Assembly (NCBI GenBank): GCA_963810935.1
Contig: CAWEPK010000008.1
Coordinates: 608,001 to 672,000 of the forward strand
Source of the DNA: an uncultured delta proteobacterium
Lineage (GTDB): Bacteria; Desulfobacterota; Syntrophorhabdia; Syntrophorhabdales; WCHB1-27
DNA: 64,000 nucleotides
Direction: 5' to 3'
The notes beneath the pieces are model-generated. The model saw nothing but the letters and a program-made list of their open reading frames with translations, was not told the origin of the DNA and did no database searches. Within the stretch, counting starts at the first letter, position 1. Each line of letters starts with the position of its first letter. Below, in pieces: positions 41,990-53,691 of this stretch. A program made the translations under genes and the position numbers.

Positions 41990-42470
41990 ATCTTCCTTTC
42001 CCTCGTGCCCCTTACATGCGTTTGTATTGCCCGATTATATCCCGCCACCCCGCCGAAGGCAACAGGAATGGGGCACATCACGAGTTAGCCGCGAAGCAGA
42101 CCCGGTAGAACGGTTCGTCGGCAATCGGTCCATTCATGAATGGGGCACGCCACTGTGCCTACAGGCATCGCCGTCCCACCGCTTTCAACGTTACTTGTGG
42201 CAATCAAGCGAACGCCATTCATTTAGAAAAACCGATATCACCTACAAGTGGCGCGTTTGGCCAGTAATGAGGGAAGTAAAGATTGCCGCGCGAAAGCAAA
42301 CAATACCCAGAGCCGGCAGCGTGAGCAATTGAGTGAGGCGGCGCATCCTATTCCTTTTTTGGGTCGGGAGAACCTCCAAGACAAGACGCCTATTCTGTTT
42401 CGTTTTTTGGTTCGTTTTCTCTACACTTGCCGTCTACCCCACCAGCTATCGAAACAGCCTGTTTTTACAA

Positions 42471-43319
42471 CTACTGTTCCAAGGAACTAAATATATTTGA
42501 TTCCCGCATCTTATGGCCGTATTTCTTTAAAATATCGTAAAAAACGTCTCTCTTGAAAGCTGCACACCTCCCATCAATTTGGATATCTTCGATAAACTCA
42601 TCATCGATCTCTATACGAATATCAGAGCTGAATTGGAGTATGTCTTCCTCATTTTCAATACCGGCGTGCTCATTCGAAGGGCTGAATTCGATTATTGCCC
42701 TAACCTCGTTTTCGAAATCATAAGCCCTGTCTTTGTACGACCACGGATGCTCCCAAATAAAGATATTAACCATCTTGCCTACAAGTGCGAATTCTTCCCT
42801 TATCTCTTCGCGCCTTGGTAAACCCTTTGCTCTCAATTGTTTAATTGCTTGTTGGACGTCGGTATTTCTTGTTTCAATCTCCCTTTTTGTTTCTGAATAA
42901 TCGATGTATGTTACATCGATTACGTCGACATAGCCGTCCGGTGAAAACTCACATAATTTATGCGGTTGCGTGGGATAAATTCGCACATAATTCTTTAATG
43001 CGGCGCTCAGTTTTTCTCTTGTGGTTTGAATTAGGAATGAGTCAGAATCCTTTGAATAAAGTGACCACATTGCAGCCGAGCTTGGGTTTTTTGTCCAGCA
43101 TGATATGTATGACGATGCCGACTTGCCCGTTATGTTAACATCCGGAAAAAATCTCCTGGGCAGCAGGGTAAATCGTTTTTCCAGTTCGTCTAGAACAAAA
43201 CCGTACCCCTCGTTCTTGTCATTAAATCGAGTTGCCTGACTCATACGCAGGCGCTTGTCCTTAAGCAAAGTATATAGGTCAAAGAAGCTTACGAACCGAA
43301 AGATGTCTTCTCCGCTCAT
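42471..43319 (-). CDS. DUF2971-like protein
   Basis: FNDKNEG, ISCWT..AMWSLYS, K..YDFENEVR; visibly AT-rich; GGAGG RBS. Confidence 0.75.
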   Translation of the reverse strand: MSGEDIFRFVSFFDLYTLLKDKRLRMSQATRFNDKNEGYGFVLDELEKRFTLLPRRFFPDVNITGKSASSYISCWTKNPSSAAMWSLYSKDSDSFLIQTTREKLSAALKNYVRIYPTQPHKLCEFSPDGYVDVIDVTYIDYSETKREIETRNTDVQQAIKQLRAKGLPRREEIREEFALVGKMVNIFIWEHPWSYKDRAYDFENEVRAIIEFSPSNEHAGIENEEDILQFSSDIRIEIDDEFIEDIQIDGRCAAFKRDVFYDILKKYGHKMRESNIFSSLEQ

Positions 43320-43397
43320 ACTGCCTCCATAGGGATGGGACAGGGCTCAAATCTTTATTCTTGACATAAGGCCCGTGGTCACAGCGCGACGAGAGCG

Positions 43398-44533
43398 TTA
43401 GGAACCATTGAAGGCCACGGATTCAAACAGTCCGTCGGGAGCTTTTCGCGTCAGAACAAGAACATGGCCAAAGCCAAGCGTTCCATGAGTGGCCCAGCAA
43501 TACTCGAAAAGAAGGATATCTTCAATCCCGTCGCCGTTGAAATCTGCTCGTGCAACTTCGATGAGTTGGTGTCCCATGCCTTCAGGCTCAGCGACCTGTA
43601 GAAGGTTTTGGCGCAGTTTAGTAATCACGATAGTGCCGTCAGATACCCTACTTTGATAAGTAGCCGTCAGGTCCTCCTCGGGAATATCTTCGCCAAGGTG
43701 TGGAAACAGCGAAAAGGGCATCAGTTCGAGGTCGACGATTCCGACTCTAGGATTAGCTATAAAGCTGACTTGAGGTGTCGTCGCAGCTTCTAGCGCTGTA
43801 AGCAAACCGCATTGATGTTCGAAGAATGTCGACATTTTGATGTCAAAGGTCGAGTAGGCGTGGAAACCGGCTTTCATTGCTTCGTTGTATTCACGGCAGG
43901 TCCGAACATGAACGTGCTCGTCCGCGTCTACTAGTTAGGGTGACTCCGTCGATGTGGTCAGTCTGGCCCATGCGAATCGGGCGGTCTCGGAGAAATTCGA
44001 TGTCAGCCTTTGCCACAGCACGTACCTCAGTTGCATCAGCAAACTTCATCCCTTCAAGGAGCGTAAATATATCTTCGGGCTGTTCTGAGTGATCTTCGAG
44101 GATTGCAGCTACTTCTGAAGCTTTCAACTCGCCACGTTCAAGGCATTGCTGAAGAAGAATCAAGGCCTTGCCTCGAATGTTTCGGTTCTCGATGCGCTTG
44201 AGATTTGCTTGCACCTCGGCTTTCTCGGTCGCAGCAATAGAAAGAAAGAACCGAGTATGTGCGGGCTCTAGAACTATTGAACCCTTCTGGAGGTTGGCCC
44301 CAGGGCGACACGGCAAGAGATTTTCGTATCCATAGATGTCAAATTCGCTGGGTAATCCGAGTTCGGCCTTCACGATTTTCAGCCTGTGCCGGGTCTTCGG
44401 CGAGGGTTTCCGGAATAACGTGGTCGATGTGAAAACTACTCACATCGAGAGGCTCTCTCGTATAAGCGCACTTCTTCTCGTGTGCCAGCCAAATGGCTTC
44501 TCGTTGAGATGCGCTGAACTTCTGGCTCGACAT
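43398..44533 (-). CDS. HNH endonuclease-domain protein (~378 aa once two apparent frameshifts are corrected)
   Basis: CAYT..HIDHVIP in one frame, NLLPC..ANLQKG in the next; three adjacent ORFs join near 44385 and 43925. Confidence 0.75.
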
Positions 44534-45073
44534 AGGACGCGTGCTCCCTGACCTGCTTATCACGTTAGGTGTTACTCTGTTACATTCAACTTTTTCACAC
44601 AACCCGCCCTTTCTCTTGCTTGGTCTTACCTATTATCATTACCGCCCGTACTCTTCAACGTCAAGAAGTATTGCTTGGGTAGCGACTTCAGGAAGTACGG
44701 TTGCCCTCCGCCTGCTTTGTCGCACTTACCTGGTACATTTTGAAAGAATTGACCCAGAATGTCCGGTTGAGTTTCTGATTGTTCTGCCCTTTCGCCGTGC
44801 TTCAAGGCGTACATCCAACTGCGAAGTTGGCAACTATCCGGTTGGGAACTATAGAAAAAGGCAGCCGAAAACTGACCTACGCTGAAAAGAAAACCCACCA
44901 ACTCAACATCAACCCGCGCCTTCGCGAAGAGCGGCAAGTATGGTTATGCAGATTTGGATGAGCGCGAGCCCTCTTTTGCGTTTGCGAGGGGGGGAGGCTC
45001 CATGCGGCCGGGGCCGCTGGAGGGGGGCGCTGAGCCCCAGGAATGTGCGCCCCAGACTTGCCGCTCTCCCTAT

Positions 45074-45398
45074 CTATCCCCGTTTTAGTTGTTGCAGCAT
45101 CCGGCGGTCGTGGAACGCCCTCCCCTCGAAGCTCTGTAGGGGCGTCACCTGCCATTCCAGGACCGGCCATAAAGGCAGGGCACGCATTATCTGGTCGAGC
45201 CTCTTCGTTGGACGCGGCGTCTATGATGAACGCTATGGCGCGCTCCGATACCGGTACCCCTCCCGCCAGTATCTTGTTCTCCTGTTGCAGCTTAGCGAGG
45301 GCTTCGAAACCGGGCAGGATGTAATCCTCCATCAACTCTATCATATCTTCGGGCACCGTCAGGGCCGGCCCTCCGCTTCCGATAACCAGGTAGTTCAT
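45074..45398 (-). CDS. Muconolactone delta-isomerase-like small protein (apparent frameshift near 45200)
   Basis: Removing one base gives ...IIDAASNEELDQIMRALPLWPVLEWQVTPL..., stop at 45074. Confidence 0.65.
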
Positions 45399-45599
45399 GA
45401 TGTGCCCTCCTGCACGGAATATACAACGCCTCCGGCCGCGTGTAAAGCGTTTACCGGCCTGAACGAACCGCGCCGGTTCTTTAGGCCCGCCATATAGCTA
45501 CCACATCGCGGGTGAATATGTTATATTGGAATCAGTTTCACGGGTGAAGGCACACCCGTCCCCGAACCGATGTTTTTTATATAAATAGAGGAGAAAGGC

Positions 45600-47072
45600 A
45601 TGAACGAACAGTATATTGAGGAAGGTCTTACCTTTGACGATCTTCTTCTTGTCCCGTCCTTCAGCCAGGTGATGCCTTTCGAGGTCGAGGTATCGACGCT
45701 CCTTACCCCCGCAATAAAGCTCAATATCCCCCTGATAAGCGCAGCCATGGATACGGTGACCGAATCGAAGACGGCCATCTGCATGGCCCAGGAAGGGGGG
45801 TTAGGCATAATCCACAGGAACATGGGCATAAAGGAGCAGGTCCAGGAAGTCGAGCAGGTGAAAAAGTCCGAAAGCGGCATGATCGTCGACCCGATAACGA
45901 TCTCGCCGGACCAGCATATCAAGGACGCCCTCGACTTGATGGCGCGCTACCGCATCTCGGGCATCCCCGTCACGAAGGGCAGGAAGCTGGTAGGCATTAT
46001 AACCAACAGGGACCTCAGGTTCGAGACGAACCTGGAGCAGAAGGTCTCCGATGTTATGACCAAGGATAACCTCGTCACAGTGGACGAGACCAAGGGGACC
46101 AGCCTTGAAGAATCGAAAAAAATACTCCACGAGCACAGGATAGAGAAGCTCCTGGTGGTCGATTCCGAGTACAACCTGAAGGGCCTTATTACGATAAAGG
46201 ACATCGAAAAGGTCATAAAATACCCTTCCGCCTGCAAGGATTCCTTGGGAAGGCTGCGGGTGGGGGCGGCGGTCGGCGTCGGCCCGGACAGGGACGCCAG
46301 GGTCGATGCCCTGGCTAAGGCCGGCTGTGATGTCATCATCATCGACACGGCCCACGGCCATTCGAAGAACGTTATCGATTCCGTGACCGATATCAGAAGG
46401 AATTTCAAGAACATACAGTTAGTCGCAGGCAACGTGGCCACTGAAGACGGGTGCCGGGCTCTGATCGAAGCGGGCTGCGACGCAGTGAAGGTGGGCGTAG
46501 GGCCGGGCTCCATCTGCACCACGAGGATCGTTGCAGGCGTAGGAGTGCCCCAGATTACGGCCATCATGGAGGTGACCAAGGCAGCCCGGAAAAAGGGCGT
46601 GCCGGTCATCGCAGACGGAGGCGTCAAGTACTCGGGCGACGTGGCGAAGGCGATAGCGGCCGGGGGCGACGTAGTCATGATAGGCAACCTCTTTGCAGGC
46701 ACGGACGAGACCCCCGGCGAGATGGTGCTCTACCAGGGTCGCACATACAAGATGTACCGGGGCATGGGGTCGCTCGACGCCATGAAAGAGGGCCGGACGA
46801 AGGACCGTTATTCGATCGCCGAGAACGAAGTAGAATCAAAGATCGTACCCGAGGGCATAGAAGGGCGCGTGCCTTACAGGGGGTCGCTTTCCTTCACCCT
46901 CCACCAGCTCATAGGCGGCCTGAGGGCCGGCATGGGGTATCTGGGCTGCCACAGCCTCGAAGAGTTGCATAAGAACGCCAGGTTCCTACGGATAACGAAC
47001 GCAGGTCTGAGAGAAAGCCACGTCCATGACGTGATGATAACCAAAGAGGCGCCCAACTACAGGATCGAGTAA
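45600..47072 (+). CDS. guaB: IMP dehydrogenase
   Basis: [20 protein letters not shown] pair, [15 protein letters not shown]. Confidence 0.98.
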   Translation: MNEQYIEEGLTFDDLLLVPSFSQVMPFEVEVSTLLTPAIKLNIPLISAAMDTVTESKTAICMAQEGGLGIIHRNMGIKEQVQEVEQVKKSESGMIVDPITISPDQHIKDALDLMARYRISGIPVTKGRKLVGIITNRDLRFETNLEQKVSDVMTKDNLVTVDETKGTSLEESKKILHEHRIEKLLVVDSEYNLKGLITIKDIEKVIKYPSACKDSLGRLRVGAAVGVGPDRDARVDALAKAGCDVIIIDTAHGHSKNVIDSVTDIRRNFKNIQLVAGNVATEDGCRALIEAGCDAVKVGVGPGSICTTRIVAGVGVPQITAIMEVTKAARKKGVPVIADGGVKYSGDVAKAIAAGGDVVMIGNLFAGTDETPGEMVLYQGRTYKMYRGMGSLDAMKEGRTKDRYSIAENEVESKIVPEGIEGRVPYRGSLSFTLHQLIGGLRAGMGYLGCHSLEELHKNARFLRITNAGLRESHVHDVMITKEAPNYRIE

Positions 47073-47088
47073 GGGATAAGGCCCGCCA

Positions 47089-48642
47089 ATGACCTACGGC
47101 GACTACCATCAGGAAATAGTAATCATCCTCGACTTCGGCTCGCAGTACACGCAGCTTATTGCAAGGCGCGTGCGCGAGTTGGGCGTTTACTGCGAGATCG
47201 TGCCTTTCAACACGAGCATAGAAAAGATAAGGTCTGCCAAACCCGTCGGGATTATACTTTCGGGCGGCCCCAGGAGCGTCAACGAAGAGGACGCGCCTAT
47301 CTGCGACGAGGCTGTTTTCCGCCTGGGCGCGCCCCTGCTCGGCATCTGCTACGGAATACAACTGATCGCCAAAATGCACGGCGGCGAGGTCCAGAGGTCG
47401 GAAAAGAGGGAATACGGCCGCGCCCACATTTACAGGGACGGCTCAAGTCCGCTCCTCGACGGCATCGAGGACGAGGACACCATCTGGATGAGCCACGGGG
47501 ACGCGATCATGCGGATGCCCCCCGGCTATACCGCCCTGGCCCACTCCGAGAACTCGCCGTATGCGGCCATCGGCAACGAAGCCGCGCAGGTCTACGGAGT
47601 CCAGTTCCACCCCGAGGTGCACCATACGCCGAAGGGGAAGGTCATACTGAAGAATTTTCTTTATACGATCTGCAAGGCGAAGGGGTTATTCTCCGCCGCC
47701 TCGTTCATAGAGATGACCACCCGGAAGATAAGGGAGGAAGTGGACGGCGGGAAGGTCGTCTGCGCGCTTTCGGGCGGCGTCGATTCATCGGTCGTAGCCA
47801 CCCTCCTCCATAAGGCGATAGGCGATAAGCTCACCTGTGTATTCGTAAATAACGGCGTCCTGAGGAAGAACGAAGGGCAGGAGGTGCTCGACTTATTCAA
47901 GGACCGCCTGCACCTGAACCTCAAATACGTGGACAGCTCGGACAGGTTCCTCGCGGCCCTCAAAGGCGTGAGAGACCCCGAAAGAAAGCGGAAGATCATA
48001 GGCAGGCTTTTCATAAAGGTCTTTGAAGAAGAGGCCCGCTCCTTAGGCGATGTGCGATACCTGGCGCAGGGGACACTCTACCCGGACGTCATCGAAAGCG
48101 TCTCCTTTAAAGGGCCCTCCGCGACCATCAAGAGCCACCATAACGTCGGCGGCCTTCCCAAGCGGATGCATCTCAAGCTCATAGAGCCGCTGCGCGAGCT
48201 GTTCAAGGACGAGGTGCGCGTCGTCGGCCGTGAGCTGGGCCTGCCCCCATACGTCGTGCAGAGGCAGCCCTTCCCCGGTCCCGGCCTGGCCATACGCATG
48301 ATCGGCGACGTGACGGCCGAAAGGGTCGCCATGCTCCAGGAGGCGGACCACATCATTCGTGACGAAATCGAAAGGAAGGCGGATTTCGGCCACGTATGGC
48401 AGTCTTTCGCCATACTGATCCCCATCAAGACGGTCGGCGTCATGGGGGACGAGCGTACATACGCGAACGTGGTAGCCCTGCGCGCTGTCGAGAGCCAGGA
48501 CGGCATGACGGCCGACTGGGCAAGGTTGCCATATGAAGTGCTCGACCTTATCTCCCGCCGCATTATCAACGAGGTCCCCGGCGTCAACCGGGTAGTCCTC
48601 GACATATCCTCCAAGCCGCCTAGCACTATAGAGTGGGAGTAG
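47089..48642 (+). CDS. guaA: GMP synthase
   Basis: [34 protein letters not shown]. Confidence 0.98.
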   Translation: MTYGDYHQEIVIILDFGSQYTQLIARRVRELGVYCEIVPFNTSIEKIRSAKPVGIILSGGPRSVNEEDAPICDEAVFRLGAPLLGICYGIQLIAKMHGGEVQRSEKREYGRAHIYRDGSSPLLDGIEDEDTIWMSHGDAIMRMPPGYTALAHSENSPYAAIGNEAAQVYGVQFHPEVHHTPKGKVILKNFLYTICKAKGLFSAASFIEMTTRKIREEVDGGKVVCALSGGVDSSVVATLLHKAIGDKLTCVFVNNGVLRKNEGQEVLDLFKDRLHLNLKYVDSSDRFLAALKGVRDPERKRKIIGRLFIKVFEEEARSLGDVRYLAQGTLYPDVIESVSFKGPSATIKSHHNVGGLPKRMHLKLIEPLRELFKDEVRVVGRELGLPPYVVQRQPFPGPGLAIRMIGDVTAERVAMLQEADHIIRDEIERKADFGHVWQSFAILIPIKTVGVMGDERTYANVVALRAVESQDGMTADWARLPYEVLDLISRRIINEVPGVNRVVLDISSKPPSTIEWE

Positions 48643-48643
48643 G

Positions 48644-51600
48644 TTGAGCGAATTCGTACACCTCCACCTGCATACGCAATTCAGCCTTCTCGACGGCGCC
48701 ATCCGGTTCGAGCCGCTCTTCGCGATGGCCCGCTCCTTTAATATGCCTGCCTGCGCTATTACCGACCACGGCAACATGTTCGGCGTGGTCGATTTCTACT
48801 TTGCCGCCCGCGCGGCAGGGATAAAACCCATAATCGGCTGCGAGGCTTACATAGCGCCGAATGCGCGCACCGATAAGGAACGGCACGAAGACAACGCCTA
48901 CCACGTGGTGCTCCTCGCAGAAAACAACGCCGGTTACGCGAACCTGATGAAGCTCATCAGCATCGCCCACATGGAAGGCTTTTACTACGTGCCGCGCATC
49001 GACAAGGAGATACTGCGCAGGTACAACGAAGGGCTGATCTGCATGACGGCATGTCTGAAAGGCCAGGTGCCCCAGGCGATTCTCCGGAGCGACGAAAACG
49101 GCGTCAACGCGCAATTGGATGACTACCTCTCCATCTTCGGGCCTGACCGGCTCTTCCTGGAGCTTCAGGACAATGGTATCCCCGAGCAGAAGAAGGTGAA
49201 CGAGGGCCTTATTCGCCTGGCGGACCGGTACAGCCTGCCCCTAATCGCTACGAACGACTGCCATTACCTCAAGCGGCAGGAGGCGCGGGCGCACGAGCTT
49301 CTGCTCTGCATACAGACGGGCAAGAAAATGAGCGACACGGACCGCCTGAAGCTCTCGACGGACGAGTTCTACTTCAAGTCCCCCGATGAGATGACAGCGG
49401 CCTTCGCCGGCTACCCTCAGGCCCTTCGGAACTCGCTTGCCATAGCGGAGAGGTGCAATGTCACCATCGAGACGGGCAAGTACCACTTCCCCAACTTCAG
49501 TCTGCCCGGCGGCATGAGCCCGGAGGAGCACTTCGAAAAGCTCTGTCTGGAGGGCTTCGAAAAGAGGATAGGCTCGATAGCCGCCTCTTACGGCAGTTTC
49601 GACGAGGGGCTGAGCGAGAAGTACAGGAAGCGGCTGGCGTACGAGATCGACGTGATAAAGACGACGGGGTTCGCCAGTTATTTCCTCATCGTCGCAGATT
49701 TTATAGGTTACGCAAAGACAAACGGCATCCCCGTGGGGCCCGGCAGGGGCTCGGCCGCAGGCAGCCTGGTCGCCTACTGCCTCGAAATCACCAACATCGA
49801 CCCTATAAAATACGACCTCCTCTTCGAAAGGTTTCTCAATCCCGAGCGTATAAGCATGCCCGATATCGACGTGGACCTCTGCTTCGAAAAACGGGAGCGC
49901 GTCATCGAATACGTCACCAACAAGTACGGCAAAGACAACGTCGCCCAGATCATCACCTTCGGGACGATGAAATCGAAGGCTGCCGTCAGGGACGTCGGCA
50001 GGGCGCTAGGGGTGCCATACGCCAACGTCGACCAGATCGCCAAGCTCATACCTACAACGCTCGATATCAGCATAGACCAGGCACTCTCCGAAGAGCCCAG
50101 GCTCAGGGAAATGTGCGAGAAGGACGAGACCATCCGCGAGCTTATAGAAAACGCGCAGGTCCTGGAAGGGCTGGCGCGCCACGCATCGACGCACGCGGCC
50201 GGGATCGTAATATCGAAGAAACCCCTCATGGAACACGTGCCCCTCTATCGCGGCCAGAAGGGTGAGACGGTTACGCAATACTCGATGAAGACCATCGAGA
50301 AGATAGGGCTGGTCAAGTTCGACCTCCTCGGCCTCAAGACCCTGACGATCATCGACAACGTCATAAAGATGCTGAAGGCGCAAGGGGTCGATCTCGATAT
50401 CTCGCGCCTCCCCCTGGACGATAAAGAAACGTACCGCCTCCTGGCATCCGGCAACGCGTCCGGTGTCTTCCAGCTTGAAAGCAGGGGCATGAGAGAGCTG
50501 CTTACGCGGCTCAAGCCGTCGCGCTTCGAGGACATCATCGCCCTTGTAGCCCTCTACCGTCCCGGGCCGCTCGGCAGCGGCATGATCGACGATTTCATAA
50601 AGAGGAAGCACAACCCCTCGCTCGTCAGGTTCGAGACGCCGATGCTGAAAGAGGCGCTGGCGGAGACGTACGGCGTCATCGTTTACCAGGAGCAGATCAT
50701 GAAGATCGCCACTTCTCTGGCGAACTTCACGAACAGCGAGGCCGACCAGCTAAGGAAAGCGATAAGCAAGAAGATACCGGAGCAGCTTGAATCATACAAG
50801 GAACAGTTCAAGCAGGGGTGCACAGCAAACGACGTCAAGGCGGAAGTGGCGACGAAGATCTACGACGTCATTCTCAGGTTCGGCCAGTACGGCTTCAACA
50901 AATCGCACAGTGCCGCTTACGCGCTCGTGGCCTACCAGACTGCCTACCTCAAGACCCATCACTACCTGCCGTTCATGGCCGCGATCCTGACGAACGAGGT
51001 GAGCGACACCGACAGCCTGATCCGCTACATCACGGAATGCAGGGAGGGCGGCGTCGTCATCCTGCCGCCGGACGTAAACGAGAGCGCGAAAGCATTCACT
51101 ATAGTGGACGATAAAATCAGGTACGGCCTGCTCGGCATAAAAGGCGTGGGGGAGGCCGCACTCGACAGCATACTGGGGGCCAGAGAGGAGTGCGGGGGCT
51201 TTTCGTCATTCACCCATTTTTGCAGCCTGGTCGATTCGAGGAAGGTCAACAAGAAGGTCGTGGAGTGCCTTATAAAGGCAGGCGCCTTCGACTGCATGGG
51301 CCTGAAGCGCTCCCAGTTGTTCGCTCTCGTACAGGACAAGTGGGACAGGCTTTCCAAGAAGAACGGCAAGAACAGCCTCCAGATGGACATCTTCGGCACC
51401 AACGCGCTCACGCGCCTGGAAGACGAGGTGCCGCAGACAGATGAGCTCGACCACGCAGATATACTCAAAGGTGAAAAGGAGGCGCTCGGCTTCTTCTTCA
51501 GCCAGCATCCACTCTCTGCATACAGCCATATCATCTCGCATATAACACGCTTCGACACGGCCAGCATCAAAGAGACGGATGCGGTCGATGATGTCACGAT

Positions 51601-52077
51601 AGTCGGCATAGTCAACGGATGCAAAGAGATCACGACGAAAAGGGGCGACCGCATGGCCAACATATCCCTCGAAGATACGAAAGGGATTATAGAGACCATC
51701 GTCTTCCCCGACCTTTATTCGAAACAACTCCTCCTGATCAAAAGCGACAAGCCGATTGTTGTAACGGGCACTCTCGAGAGGACCGAGGACGGCACGAGCC
51801 GCATAAGGGCGAAAAATATCACTCCGTTGGAGGATGTACAGAGAGACTGGATAAGATAGTGCGCATCAGGATCGATTGCACTCTATTTAAGAAGGACTAT
51901 CTGAGGACATTGAGGGACATCCTGGCCTCGATCAAGGGTGATTCACAGGTCCTCCTGGAATTCCTCCAGAACGGCGAGAGGAAGGTATTCGATGTCCCCG
52001 GCATGCGCGTTGACGCGTCCAAGGCTGTGACCGTCCAGCGCCATTTCGGCAGGGGACTCGATGTTGAGGTGGCTTAA
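48644..52077 (+). CDS. dnaE: DNA polymerase III alpha subunit (apparent frameshift near 51845)
   Basis: PHP HLHLHT, GRGSAAGS, MPDIDVD, KFDLLGL, FNKSHS; C-terminal domain continues in the 51619-52077 frame. Confidence 0.95.
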
Positions 52078-52080
52078 CGG

Positions 52081-53039
52081 ATGAGGCGATATTATCTCGA
52101 TTTCGAGAAGAAGCTGGAACCGCTGGAACGCAGGATAGAAGAGGTAAGGAAGTTCCACGATGCCAAGGACCCGCACTACGCAAGGGATCTAGACCAGCTT
52201 GAGAAGCGGATACTGAAGGCGGAGCAGGAGATATACAGCAACCTGAGCAATTGGCAGCGGTGCCAGCTTTCCCGCCATCTGAACCGGCCCCACATGCTCG
52301 ACTACATAGGCAAACTGTTCACGGATTTCGTAGAGCTCCACGGAGACAGGAGATTTAGGGACGACCCGGCTGTCGTGGCAGGGTTTGCCCGCTTTAACGG
52401 CACGGCCGTAGCTGTGGTTGGACACCAGAAAGGCAACAACGTCGGCGAGATGGCGGAGCGCAATTTCGGTATGGCCAACCCTGAAGGTTACCGGAAATCG
52501 ATGCGGATCATGGAGCTTGCCGAACGATGGCGCAAGCCGCTTCTGACCTTCATCGACACACCCGGCGCCTTCCCCGGCGTAGGGGCCGAGGAACGGGGCC
52601 AGGCCGAAACCATCGCCGCGAGCATCGAGTTTATGTTCTCCCTCTCCGTCCCTGTGATATCGGTTGTGACTGGGGAAGGCGGCAGCGGCGGGGCGCTTGC
52701 GATCGGCGTGGGCAACAGGATCCTCATGATGGAGAACGCGATTTATGCGGTCATCTCACCCGAAGGCTGCGCCGCGATCCTCTGGAGAGACGGCTCCAAG
52801 GGCCCGCTTGCGGCGGACGTGCTCAAGCCGACCGCCCAGGACTTATTTTCACTAGGGTAATAGATGAAATAATACCGGAGCCTTTCGGGGGCGCTCACAG
52901 GGACTGGGAAGCGACTTTCCAGACTGCGGCCGCCGTCATCGAAAGACACCTTCGGGAGCTGCTCGCAATCCCCGGCGAAGAACTCAGGAAACAGCGCTAC
53001 ACCAAATTCAGGAACATGGGGATATTCGAAGAAAGGTAA
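52081..53039 (+). CDS. accA: Acetyl-CoA carboxylase carboxyltransferase alpha (apparent frameshift near 52855)
   Basis: ELHGDR, DTPGAFPG, GEGGSGGA, then IDEIIPEPFGGAH in a second frame. Confidence 0.95.
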
Positions 53040-53095
53040 CGGCAATTATTGGGGCTCCCGTCGCCCCCTCATGAAAAGGAAGAGGCATTTTTGCA

Positions 53096-53620
53096 TTATT
53101 GGGGCTCGCGTCGCTCGCCGCCGCCGACCGCTGCAAGCAGACGCGCAAGTCTCTCCTTTTCGGCCTTCACCTCGTTTATCCTGACCCTCGTGATCTGCTC
53201 TTTGAATTCCATGTAAAGGTCGAACGCCTCCATCATCGCCTCGTCGAGCCTGGCTTCAATCACGCGAAGGGCGCCGGAATCCTCCGCCGATGCGGACCCG
53301 TCCGGCAGCTCTCTGCGGATTTCATCCTTCAAGAGGGGAATAAACGAAAGGGCCTTCGATGGAGGGACGTCCTGCACGGCCAGGATGCGTACGGCATCCC
53401 TCATGGATTCTTTTGTCTCCTTCCCCTCGCGGCCTCCATCGAAAAGATCATTCAGGAGGCGATCTAATGCCTCCGTAAGCGTATGGCCGACGGGGTTCTG
53501 AAAGCGGTCCTGCCCAGCCGACGCCGGCGCACAACTCCACGCCGGACAAACGGCCGCGAAGGCAGCGAGACACCGTTCCCGTATCACCCTGCCCCTCTTG
53601 CGCAGCACCTCTTTCAGCAC
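53096..53620 (-). CDS. dsrT: DsrT-like (RsbRD N-terminal domain) protein
   Basis: DRFQNPVGHTL, VRILAVQDVPPSKALSFI, AFDLYM..KEQI..VRINE; lies downstream of dsrB; GTG start at 53620. Confidence 0.8.
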   Translation of the reverse strand: MLKEVLRKRGRVIRERCLAAFAAVCPAWSCAPASAGQDRFQNPVGHTLTEALDRLLNDLFDGGREGKETKESMRDAVRILAVQDVPPSKALSFIPLLKDEIRRELPDGSASAEDSGALRVIEARLDEAMMEAFDLYMEFKEQITRVRINEVKAEKERLARLLAAVGGGERREPQ

Positions 53621-53634
53621 AACAGCCTCAGCCC

Positions 53635-53688
53635 CTACCACTTAAACTGCGTAGTAGTCCTATAAGTCTCCACCGCGTGTGTAAAGTC
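53635..53688 (-). pseudogene. dsrB: Second copy of the dsrB 3' end ([17 protein letters not shown])
   Basis: 48/54 nt identical to 54426-54479; all 6 differences are synonymous third positions. Confidence 0.92.
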
Positions 53689-53691
53689 GGC

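Noticed and set aside
43380..44575. CCTAAC at the HNH stop and upstream of its start, suggesting integron attC sites
   Set aside because: No complementary GTTRRRY partner or L-box pairing found, and no integrase in the window.
44626..44937. 103-aa ORF in the island
   Set aside because: No motif or convincing RBS; probably non-coding or a gene remnant.
48590..48645. guaA 3' end as an island integration site
   Set aside because: dnaE follows directly; no duplication or integrase.
51830..51860. Programmed frameshift in dnaE
   Set aside because: Falls in a GA dinucleotide run among many similar indels; sequencing error is simpler.
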